DNA of 64,000 nt from NCBI GenBank assembly GCA_013239625.1, contig MU054323.1:6065220-6129219 (forward strand). Direction: 5' to 3'. This stretch comes from Lama guanicoe (taxonomy: Eukaryota). The notes beneath the pieces were generated by a model. It saw only the letters and a program-made list of their open reading frames with translations, ran no database searches and had not been told where the DNA came from. Positions 13,413 through 25,340 of the stretch are shown piece after piece (the stretch's first letter is position 1; each line of letters opens with the position of its first letter). A program made the position numbers and the translations under genes.

Positions 13413-14080
13413 GGAGGTAGTTCTGTATTGCCAGGGGTGCTGGTGAGGAGGCTGGGGTCTCCACATTCAAATTTCACCCCAGAACAGGGCCCTAAATGGG
13501 ACATCACACAGGCTCCTTCCCCCAAGATGCCTCTTATGATGGAGGAAGCAATGTCTGCACCTCTGAGCCCACCAGCACCCCAAGAACCTGGGAATACAGA
13601 AAGGGCTGCAGATGGGGCACACTGGAAAGCTGTCTATTTAGAGAACGCTGTAAAAGCCACGCTATTGTTCCCTAAGTTCTGTAAGACTACTAGAAGTGTG
13701 GCAAAATCCCCAGCCCCCTTGCCCACCTGAAGCGCCCATCTGTCCCACAGACAGAAACGGAGCAGAGGCCTCTGATAAGGAAGCTTGTCCACTGAATTGT
13801 TCTGTCCTCAGGAGATTCAGTCTCTTCTTTTGTTTCCTGTGCTGTTCACAGAAGCGAAGCATCTGAAATGCAGGCCAAAGATAAAGTGCAGCCTAATGCA
13901 ATTAGCTCAGTACAGCCTACGGGTCCTAATAGGATGCGGCTCCCGCTCCTCCCAGCAGGCCCTGATACAGGCACTGTTTGTCATCTGCATTATGTATCAA
14001 AGCCCTAGTAAGGCCTTCCTCCCTCCCGCCTGCGGGTACTCCCCAGTCCGCCTGGTGAGGAGAGTCCCGCTGCTCAAAGA

Positions 14081-14100
14081 TGCCCAGTAGGGGGCGCTGC
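14081..14100 (+). promoter_or_regulatory. Predicted CTCF motif (forward orientation)
   Basis: TGCCCAGTAGGGGGCGCTGC matches the CTCF core CCASYAGRKGGCRS at every position. Confidence 0.7.
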
Positions 14101-14429
14101 CCCCCACCAGCTGGGTCACTTAGTTGGCTTCCAGCAGAAGTCCAGAGCACCGTCTCCTCATCTGAGAGCCGCCTGCAGCTGTCCCTTGAGGTTCCTTTGG
14201 CCTTCTGTGACTGTCCCCAGTGGGCATCTGTCTCTGCCCTGACCCCACCTCACCTTTTACCTCAAACCTGGTTGGGCTCTGGCTGCACTCCTGGGCCTTC
14301 TGGTCACTCTTCTTGGAACCACCTCTGTTGAGACTTGTGCCCCCACACATCCCAGTTATCCCAGTCCTGGGCTCTCCAACTTTTTTTTTCTTTATTATAA
14401 ATATTATAATATTATAAATAATGGCAATG

Positions 14430-14870
14430 GCCACAGGAGAAAATTTGGCAAATACAGAGAAGTGTAGACAAGAGAATGAAAGTTTCCTTGAATCCTCTCA
14501 CCCAAGAATAAATAGTCCTGCTAACATTTGGGGTTTTTTTTCCCTCCTGCACATAGCATTTTACATGGTGAGATTATATTTGTGTCCTTTTATGTCCTGC
14601 CTTTCTCACTTAACACTATGGTGTAAGCATTTTGCCATCTCATTAAGAACTCTTAGTAACCATGATTTTTAATGACTATATAATAAAAATAGTCCTGCTA
14701 ACATTTGGGGTTTTTTTCCCTCCTGCACATAGCATTTTACATGGTGAGATTATATTTGTGTCCTTTTATGTCCTGCCTTTCTCACTTAACACTATGGTGT
14801 AAGCATTTTGCCATCTCATTAAGAACTCTTAGTAACCATGATTTTTAATGACTATATAATATTTCACCAT
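14430..14870 (-). mobile_element. Old L1M (L1ME-like) 3' fragment containing an internal tandem duplication
   Basis: AT-rich antisense L1M-type phrases (tgctaacatttgg, tcctgcctttctcacttaacac, agcattttgccatctcattaa, atgatttttaatgact). Confidence 0.55.
14510..14861. repeat. Tandem duplication of about 176 bp (14510-14685 and 14687-14861)
   Basis: The two copies are identical on reading apart from T8 versus T7 in one homopolymer. Confidence 0.97.
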
Positions 14871-15303
14871 AAGGTGGTAGTTCAGGGAGACCAATGCCGT
14901 CCTAATGTTTGTTTTTGCCCTGAGGTTTATTTTCTCATTAATCTAAGTATCTAAATTAGTGAGTGAGATCTGGGAGCAGGGAGCCTGCCTGCTTCTGCAA
15001 GGAGGAGCTGAGGGTCCCAGTTACGATGCTCCCTGCCTTCCGCTCTGATGGCAGGACTGAGCTATCCTCCTAGGAGCCCCAGTCCCCACCCTCCCACGTG
15101 TCCTCTGTGGAATGGGACGTTTGGGGCCTCAGAAGCCAGTGTGGGGGCAGGATGGGCCTGATGGTAACGCTTTGGAGAGCTGTCCTCTCACATGTCAAAG
15201 GGCTGGGCACCTGGGGCACTGGGCCTGGGCTGAGTACTACACAGCCAGTGCTCAACACATGCCCATGGATGTTGTTGTGGCTTATTAATAACTCAAGGAC
15301 TGA

Positions 15304-15786
<483 letters not shown>

Positions 15787-18044
15787 TAGAGGCCTCCTGA
15801 GTATCCCCAGCTCCTCCTGTGGTCCTGACCCACAGCCTGCAGCAGCCAGGACCTCAAGCTGCACTGGGGACAGGGCGGGGCTGGGGGCGGGAACTGCGTG
15901 AAATTCCCTGGGCAGTAGCTGTGTCTCTACCCATTACTCAAGAAAGTATTGGGAAGGGCAAGGGAGAGAGAGTGACATTGTAGGAGTGACTGAATCTGCT
16001 TCAAGTTATTTGAATAGTTAGTCATACCTAAACCTCATTACTCTGATTCACAAAATTCCAAAGTCACACCTTCCAGTGAGGTTTTACCTTGCCAGTGGTT
16101 ATGTGAGAACCGAGAGGCTCCTCTCCCTCCCTGCGATCTGGGAGTTCACCACCTTCTACAGCACCTCAGGCCTTCTTTGGACAGCTCCGACTATAACAAA
16201 AGCCTTCCTTGTTGTCTCCATTGGTCCCAGACCTCCCCCCGGCATACACAGAACATGCGGCCTTGGCCGCCCGCACCATGCCCTCTGAAGACCCTGGCTC
16301 ATCCCCTCTCCAAGTCTTCTGCAGAATGAACACCCCACATCCTTCACCACGCTCTAGAGCCCATGGCTTCCAGTCCCTTTACCTTCCTGGGGGTTTTTTC
16401 CTCTCTCTGCGTCCCTCAGTGCCAACCCCCAAGAAAGCTCACAATTGGTCTGCAGCACCTCCTCCATTCAGCCCCTCTACCTTCATCATTGTAGCCTTAC
16501 ATCACTTCTGCTCTGCTGGCAGCCACGTCACATCCTGTCTCAACAGTAAGACCCCAAGACTGTCATGGTGGCTACTCTGACCCCTGTCCATCTCCTTACA
16601 ATCTGGCTTAAGCCGCTGGGTGTGGGAACCCAATGGCAAGACCCTGTCAATATCTCCTTGTATGACTCTTAGCATCTCTTAGATGCCTGCTTTTATTGCT
16701 GACCTATGCCTAACCCTCCCAATATTATGTCCCCTGCAGACTTGGCCATAAGTCTTCCATACCGTCATCAACATCATTAGAGACCTCCCTTTATGTTCCC
16801 AGCATCCTCTAGGCCATTCGCCGACTCGTGAATCAATCACCCCTGCGGCAGTACCTCTCTCTATGTTCACCATACGGAGCTCGCCAGCTGTGCTCTCAAG
16901 CTCTGATGCGTTTTTCCAGGCTCCCGGGCTAATCCTGGAGAGGACTGAGCTTCAGGGGACATGCCTTGTCCTTAAGACACCAGGCTAGCTCACAGTGATG
17001 CCACCTCCTGTTCTTCAGGCTGAGAGACGATCCCCCTGAGCTGGCTGGCACTGTTCCACTCACATTTGTCTGCTCCTAGTTTTCTCCAGCTTCTCTCATT
17101 ACCAAAATCAGAACTATTTGTTATACATATTTATTATGTGCCTTGTTCTGTGTGTCACCTCGTTGCTCACAACAAGTTGGTATTACTGACCCGTTGCAGA
17201 TGAGGAACCTGCCTCGGGGAAGGCTTGTGCTGAGGTCAGTCAGTTAGCAAGGGCAGAACCAGGACTAAAGTGCTGTCTGTCCGGTGCCAAGCCTGGCTTT
17301 CCACCACTGTGCCAAGTGGCTCCCCCTCTGGACGACTCCTTGGAGACAGCACCCACTGGTGGTTGGCACCATCTTGGCTCCTGCCCTGCCTCGAAATTAT
17401 CTTTCTGTGAGAGAGCTCCAAGCCCTACCTTCCAGCCTCGGGCTGGTGGTCCTGAGTGGCTCCCCCAGTCCCCACTCTCCTTCAGTCTCCACCCTCAATC
17501 TACAATGCCACTCCAGAGGCACCATGACAACCAAGGTGGCATTCAGGTGACAGAGACTAGACCTGGACTTATTCAATCAGAGGTGGCCCTCCGTGTCACA
17601 GTATCTTCCGGCTTCACTCACTGGCCTGCTTGGGTCACATCAGTGTCAGCTGAGTTCAGGAGGGCCTGGGCCCTATTCTGCCTGACTTAGGCACAGCTGG
17701 CTTTGCATCTTGAATTGGATCCCAGGAGGTGTGTCTGACCCACTTGTTCAGCCAAAATTTCCTTCAGGCCCAAAATTGACTTCCCTTGTTTCCACCAGGG
17801 CTGGCCACACAGAGGTTGGTTAAGACAAAGCCTGGCCCCCAAGCAAGGCTCAGGAAAGCAGCCCCTGCTAGCTTTCTCCCACTGCCCCTACCCATGGCTT
17901 TTCTGTCCTGCACCACAGGACCTTTGCACAGCTCCAGGCTCTGACACTCTCACCTTGCCCAGCCAGACACCTGCTATCTTCACAATCCAGCCTTCTCCCC
18001 GCCTTTCTCAGACAGTAATTCTCCAGAAAGGAAGGGAAAACGCC

Positions 18045-18258
18045 AACATTTATAGAACATTTAACACACGTCAGACACTCTGCTAATTTGGGGAGTGTTT
18101 TTCAAATACATTTTCCTCATTCCATTCTTCCCAGGAGGCTTATGAGGTAGGTGCTGCTAGTTCTATTTAACAGATGGGAAGAATGAGGCCCAGGGGAGAC
18201 AGGCGACTTGCCCAAGGCCCTTAGTAAGTGGAAGAGTCGTTTTGAATCCAGATCTCTT
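18045..18258 (-). mobile_element. MIR SINE remnant
   Basis: atgaggtaggtgctgct...tttaacagatgggaagaatgaggcccag...gacttgcccaaggc...tttgaatccagatct. Confidence 0.7.
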
Positions 18259-18500
18259 TGAAGATCTCCACCTTTTTCTCGCAACTTTTGTTTCATCTCA
18301 ACCTCTCCCAGGCAGATTGTGTTTCCTCCTCTGAGCCCTCATGGCCATGTTTATATACTCCCAAAGGACTTATTTTGTGCCACTGTAATCACAGATCCTT
18401 AATCTGTGAGCCCCTGGACACAGGTATCTCGTCCACCTCTGTGACCCTGGCACCCAACCCGGGGTCAGGGGCGGTCAGTGTTTGCTGAGTGAATGTGTAA

Positions 18501-19388
<888 letters not shown>

Positions 19389-20604
19389 TGAGCAGGAGTC
19401 CTCTGCCCTTATTAGGGCTCCATAGAACAGTCCCTGTGGGGACTTCTCCGTTTTCCACTCATGAGGACAGAGAACTGTCTGAGTCCATGGCCAGAGAGGT
19501 ACCCATCCCCCAGCCATTGGATGAGAGCAGCTCCCGGGCATGAAGCAAGGCCCAGGAGACACTCCCGGACCATCCTGAGCCAGTTCAGTGTTTTGTTTCA
19601 AGGACCCACAGGTGGTTCTGTGAGTCTTCAAGAAAGAGCTCTTCCAGCCTTGGCCTTCATTTAACTGCCCCACACCCTGCCAGCCCAGGCCAGTTTTCAT
19701 TCTGGGGAACGCCAAGGCAGATCCTGGAGGACAGAGCCTGGGGTACACCAGGAAGGGGTTCTAGGCTGAGCCCCAGCCCAAGGGTTAGGGCAAAGGGCAT
19801 CAGCAAACCAGCCTCACTCCCCATGACTGTCTGAGGGATTTGTCCGGCCAGAACGCAGAAGTGGCTGATGGGAGGACTTGGGCCCACAGACCTGAGGCTG
19901 GTGGGGCTTATCTGCCCCAGACTCACATATACCATCAAGCTCCAGTCAGCCAGCCTCTGCTCCCACCGAGTGGAGAGGGGAGGCAGCCAGGCCTGGACTC
20001 TTGCGGGCAAGAGGATACATAATGGGTGATTTGCCCTGCTGGGTATCCAGGCCTCCTTTGAAAGGGGAGGAGGTGGTCTAGGCAGTGTGGCCCGCAGGCA
20101 TGACTTCTCAGCCTCCCTACTTATAACCCCTTGAGATGGCATCTCTTGGTGTGGCAGAAGTGGGCAGACCAAGGACTCCAACCAGCTTTTCGCATCCAGC
20201 CTGCTCTCATGAATTCCTATCTTTATCCCTTCGAGCAATTTTCAGGCCTTGTCAAGTGTCCCAACAACAAAGCCTTGTCTAGATCTCTGTTGGGTTTAAT
20301 TCCGGATCTGATTGCGCCCTGACTGCCTTTGTTTTGGAAATCAGCACTAGTTTTAAATGACAAAATTATAGAAAATTACATCTAAATTTTGGTAAACTCT
20401 TGCTTTGTTTAAATCTTTAAAAAATTTTTTTGACTAAATTCATTTTTTTGTTGTTTGAATTGTTTTGGTTAGGCTCCCTCTCCCTTTAAAAAAGAAAAAA
20501 AAAACTTACTCCCAGTTTACATGCTGCCAACTCTGACATACTGGGTACTGGGTGTTCTGGCTGCTCCCAAGGCTGTGCCAAAGCCTGAGACACTGGGTGG
20601 GCTT

Positions 20605-20646
20605 CCCTCCCCCAACCCTGCGGGCCCTCCCCCAACCCTGCGGGCC
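20605..20646. repeat. 20-bp tandem duplication (ccctcccccaaccctgcggg x2)
   Basis: Directly visible exact repeat. Confidence 0.95.
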
Positions 20647-22373
20647 GGCCCGGGGGGCCTCCTGGGGCTGGTGAAAGGTCTTGCCAACTTGCCAGTTTCA
20701 GTCATGCACCTAGGAAAAGGAGTTGTTCTGTGCAGACAGGTAACTGGCCCAGATGGGACGGGTCCCTGGTTTAGAGCTGGGATCCACCTCCCTGAAGCTG
20801 CCAGACACAATTGCATCTGATCATTGTTAGGCATCTGAGTCCATAAGATCAAGAAGCTATCTGTGGTGGAGACAGGTCCCTGCTGGGCCCCTGTGTGCGC
20901 TGGGCCAGCAGGCCCTTGCAGGCCATGCCTCTAACATCTGTGTGGGACCAGTCAGCGAGAACCATCCTCTTTGGGCCTGAGCCCACAGACAGGAGGGGAG
21001 AAAAGAGGGGGTCCCAGGTGGGGTTCACTCTTCTAGTCCCTATGACGTACATTCAGCACCAGGTGAGGGCAAGGGATGGTACAGGCTAGAAAGTGTTCCC
21101 GGCCCCGCCTCCTGGGGAGCCAGCTAGAGACCCCCAGCTCCAGCCGCTGACCGATCCATCATGCTGACATCCATGGGTTTCCAGTGAGCTGGCCGTGTCC
21201 CCAGAACTTACGTTTAACTCGTTTCTCTATTTACAGCTCTCGTCAGCTGATTTAGCCCCTTATATTTGTGGTGAAGAAAGACAGTGAAGTAAGCACATAC
21301 ACACACCTCCCAACTCAAGCCTGGGTGGGTTTTTTTTTTTTAAGGTAATTTCTCCTTTCATTTCTAATCTTAAAAGCCTTTATTGCTAAAGCTATAATTT
21401 TCCTGTCAGCTCTAATGTCAAACAACTGCATATTTTTTAAAATAAGAAACCTGAATTTTGAAACCAAATCTTTGAAACTTGCTATGTGAGAATCATATTC
21501 CTGACAAGACCACGTGGGCTTGGATGTGGGTCACTTTTAATTTTGCCCCTAGGGATTTTACATCTCCGAAGCCCAATTGATTTCACACTCTGAAATGACA
21601 GGCAGCTGGCTCCGAGCGGGAACCAGGAGGCCCTGCGTGATGGCATCAAAACTACTCAGAACTCTACTTTAAAAAAAAAAAAAAAAGAACTTTCCTTTTC
21701 TCCTGTTCTCTGTTTGAAAGCTTGCCCGGCATTATAATAAGATCCACCATAGAACTCCTTGAGATCTAGCTCATTAAAGCCCCACGACGTTTCCTACCAT
21801 TGTTTGACGTGACAACCTGGACTCTTGCGGGGTTGAGTAATTATGGAGAGATCCCCTCCACGAAGAATGGGTCTTGCCAGCCAGAAGGATGGGCCACTGG
21901 TATTTTTAGACTTCATTAGTGCCCTGATTTTAAATTTCACATTTTGTTTCTTGTAATTATCTTCCCATCGGCTGAGCTGAAATTTCAGTTGGGGCTCCGT
22001 TAGTCTGCCTTCCCAAAAAGGGCATTGGGGCTTTAATTTAAAACTTAACCAATTGAAAAATAAAGGTAGTGTGGAAATGCTTTTTGATTTGCAGTAGGTC
22101 AAGTGATTGTCTCTCATCTGTGACTAGAGAAGCCGGCTTGCGTGCAGCTCACTTTAATGAGTGTTATTTAAATGCATTGAGCACATATAGATTTTTCTTA
22201 GGAAACTTACAAGATAAACCTTTCTTTCTCGAAGAACAGTTTGGGGGTGGGAGCAATCTGTAGGATTTCTTTTTTTTTTTCCTCGATTATATATTGAAAA
22301 CTAATTAAAATAGATTTCATGTGTGCAAAGCGATAAGGGAGGAAAAAAGATTTAGTTCCACTTGAATCCCGTT

Positions 22374-22435
22374 ATAAAACACCTGAGCCATCGGTCTTGT
22401 TGGATAAAACACCTGAGCCATCGGTCTTGTTGGAT
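22374..22435. repeat. 30-bp tandem duplication (ataaaacacctgagccatcggtcttgttgg x2)
   Basis: Exact copies at 22374-22403 and 22404-22433, followed by 'at'. Confidence 0.97.
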
Positions 22436-23019
22436 TGGAACTCCGGGCAGCGGTGGTGGCCAGCATCAGGCCTTGAGAGCCCTCAAAGTCTAGTGTCACT
22501 GCCCCGGTAGCACGTGAGCCCACCTGTGTGTCACCACAGGGGTGCAAGATATTCATGTCGCTCTTTCTAGCCCCTATCTTCTTCCACAAAGGATTTTTGG
22601 TGCCTAAGAGCATGGCTGGAGACCCTTTAAAGCCAGACACTGGGCCTAATGGTGAGCAGTAGAAAAGCTATTATGTTTTCCCCTGCATGTCCAGGGAGCG
22701 AGAAGCCAGGCTCACCTGCTCCCTCTTGCTTCTGGACCAAAAAAGCAAAGTCCAGGGTGACCAGAAGAGGAGGGACCTGTCTCTTTTGACTTGCGATTTC
22801 ATAGGCCTTGGGTGAGGGGCCATGAGGATTCTCAGGGCCGGGTGTCATGCAGTGGGGTGGGGGGTAGCTCCTTCCTGTGGCTTTGTGTCTCCTCCTGTCC
22901 CACCCTTGCCCCTGGACCTCCACCCTGCAGAGCTCTGTCTGCCCTCATGCCCCTTCTGCTTGGACAGCCGCTGCCCCTGTCTCCACAAGTGGCAAAGACA
23001 GGATCCAGCAAAGATACTT

Positions 23020-23190
23020 TGAGGCAGAGTGAACAGCTGTGTGACTGGGGCAAGTCTTCTAACCTCTCTGAGCCTTCCTTCCCTCATCTTGAAAATGAGA
23101 TGACAGTACCACAATCATCGGGCACATAGGAGGATTGAATGAGATCATGGGCTTGCCCGAACACAGCACTGTGGCCACTTATCACTGAAA
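23020..23190 (+). mobile_element. MIR SINE remnant
   Basis: agctgtgtgactggggcaagtcttctaacctctctgagcct...cctcatcttgaaaatgaga...gaggattgaatgagat. Confidence 0.75.
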
Positions 23191-23739
23191 ACAGCTGTTC
23201 ATGTCAACACGGGCCCCAGGTCTGAGGAGTTCAGTAGAGAGAGAAGCTGGTGGAAGGGAAGAGTGTAGGGTCCCCTCCCCAGTGCAGAGGAGATGGAAGA
23301 AGCACAAGCTTGTTCACAGGGCTGGCAGCCCCTGGTCAAGTGCTTAACGGGAGGGCTATGTTCCCCATCCCTCATAGGGAGTGGAAGGAGACACCTTCCT
23401 GCCTGGGGGACCCAGGGCTGCTCCCCCCAGCCCTGCTCCCCCTAGCCCTGGCGCCCAGCACAGATCTCATCTCTCCCTGCGCCAGCTTCTGTCATGCCAG
23501 GGGACACTGCTCCCTCAATAAACATTCTGGAAGGAGCTAGGGGTGCATGATAAAGCTGTTTGCCCACACATGGTTATCCCAGAGCAACAAAAGGTCCCAA
23601 CTGAAATCATCTTCCCACAGATCTGCTCTTCCAGTGTCTCTGTCTCAGATCCACCCTTATGCACTGAGTCTAGAAACTTTGGTTCTGCCTCCTCTGGGTT
23701 GATCCTCTCCTCTCCATCCCCACCATCACCCACCTTTTC

Positions 23740-23960
23740 AGATCGTCATCACTCCTAGCCTGCATCAGTGGCCTCTCAGCCCACGGTGTGTCCCCTCCAG
23801 TCCAGGTCCATGCTGCAGCCAGAGTGATCTTTCCAAAATACAGGTCTGGTCCTGTCACTCCCCATTGAATGCCTCCAGCAGCCCCACTGCTCTTGGGACA
23901 GAGCCCAGCCCTTGACATGGTCCTTCAGGGGCCGGCTCCTGCCTGCCCCCCAACCCTGCT
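23740..23960 (+). mobile_element. LINE-2 fragment
   Basis: tgcagccagagtgatctttccaaaatacaggtctggtcctgtcactcccc is a typical L2 3'-region phrase. Confidence 0.6.
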
Positions 23961-24469
23961 TCATCTCTTACCGTTCTGCTCGCAGGCTGCCCTGTAGCCA
24001 CTCCGCCCCCTGAGTTCTCCCCTGTCCAGCTTGCTCTGGGCCTTGGCTGAGTGCCTGCAATACACTTTGCCTGTACCTGGGTCATTCTCCCAACTTGACT
24101 GCGAGCCCCTGGATTGGGGGCAGGCCAGGACTGCACCCCGTTTCCACCCCTAGCATCCCAGCCAGTCCCTGGCACTAAGAGATGCTCAGGAAGAGTTAGG
24201 GGAACAAAGGCACAAAGCACTGGGCTGGGAATTACCCAGTGAGATTCTGTGACTTCTCTGCAGCTGCCTCCTCCCTTTGTGTGCTGACGGCAGGTTGGTG
24301 CTTGAGGGCACAGATGTAGAGGAAAGTCCGGGTGAGACTTCTTTCTGCAGCTGCATGGTCACCCTCCACACCTGTCTCACACTTCTGGGAACAGAAGTCC
24401 TTCTGTTTCAAAGTTCCTTCTTTACCCAAGCACGTCCACCAGATTACTTGCCCCAGAGCATATGAGATC

Positions 24470-24625
24470 TGAAGCTCTGCCTCAGTCTCCTCATCTATAA
24501 AAGGGGAATAATAATAGAACCAGCTTCTTATAGTTGTGAGGATTGATCGAGTTATTTTACATAAAGCCCTTAGAATAGTGCCTAGCACACTGTAATTACC
24601 ATAAAAGTGTTTGCCATGATGATTT
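24470..24625 (+). mobile_element. MIR SINE remnant
   Basis: ctctgcctcagtctcctcatctataaaaggggaataataatag...tgtgaggatt...aaagcccttagaatagtgcctagcaca. Confidence 0.8.
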
Positions 24626-25139
24626 TCACTCCTGGTCCAGGACCATCTTTCAGTGTCCATGGCCTTTTAGGGGCCCAGGGTAACATGAGAAAGCCAAAGA
24701 CCAGTTTGCCTTCCAGAGTCTTAGGAGATTGCATTAACAACATGATGTTCGAAGCGTCTGGTTCCCAGAGGTCCACTTTGTATAAAAGATAATTGTTTTC
24801 TCTCGTGGTAACATTCTACAGCCCTCCACAGTCACCATAACAACCAGAAGGAACAAGCCCATTGCTGGGACCTTTCCCCTAATTACAGGGGCCGTTTGTC
24901 TTGGGAGGGCTCTTCCCAGCCATCCACGGGGCTCCCAGCATCCTTTGACATTCAGCTTGATATTGGGGTGCCAAGGACACTGCGGGGGTCCTCCTCCATG
25001 ACCATATCAATAGATGGAACAAATAGAATTGTGTCAGTCCTGCAGACCTACCAACCAAGGCTGCAGGTGAAGAGGGGGTTGGGAGCATGTGGCTGGCGCA
25101 TGGCAGGTGGCCAGGAGCCCTGGTTCTGCACCAGGCTGC

Positions 25140-25340
25140 TTGGGTAGAATTCAAATTCCACTGCCCACTAACCCAATGAACTTGGCTAGGAAAGCGGTAT
25201 CTCTAAGCCTCTAAGTTATCTGTGACATGGAGATAATCATAGTGCCACCTTCTCAGACATGTTTTAAGGATTTAATAAAGTATGTAGAGTCTTAACACAG
25301 TGCCTGGCACAAGTCTGCTGACAATAATGTTAGCTGTTGT
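25140..25340 (+). mobile_element. MIR SINE remnant
   Basis: ttcaaattcc...atctgtgacatggagataatcatagtgcc...cttaacacagtgcctggcaca...aataatgttagctg. Confidence 0.7.

Noticed and set aside
22374..22435. Direct repeats as a possible CRISPR array
   Set aside because: Only two adjacent copies with no spacers, no cas genes, and a mammalian context.
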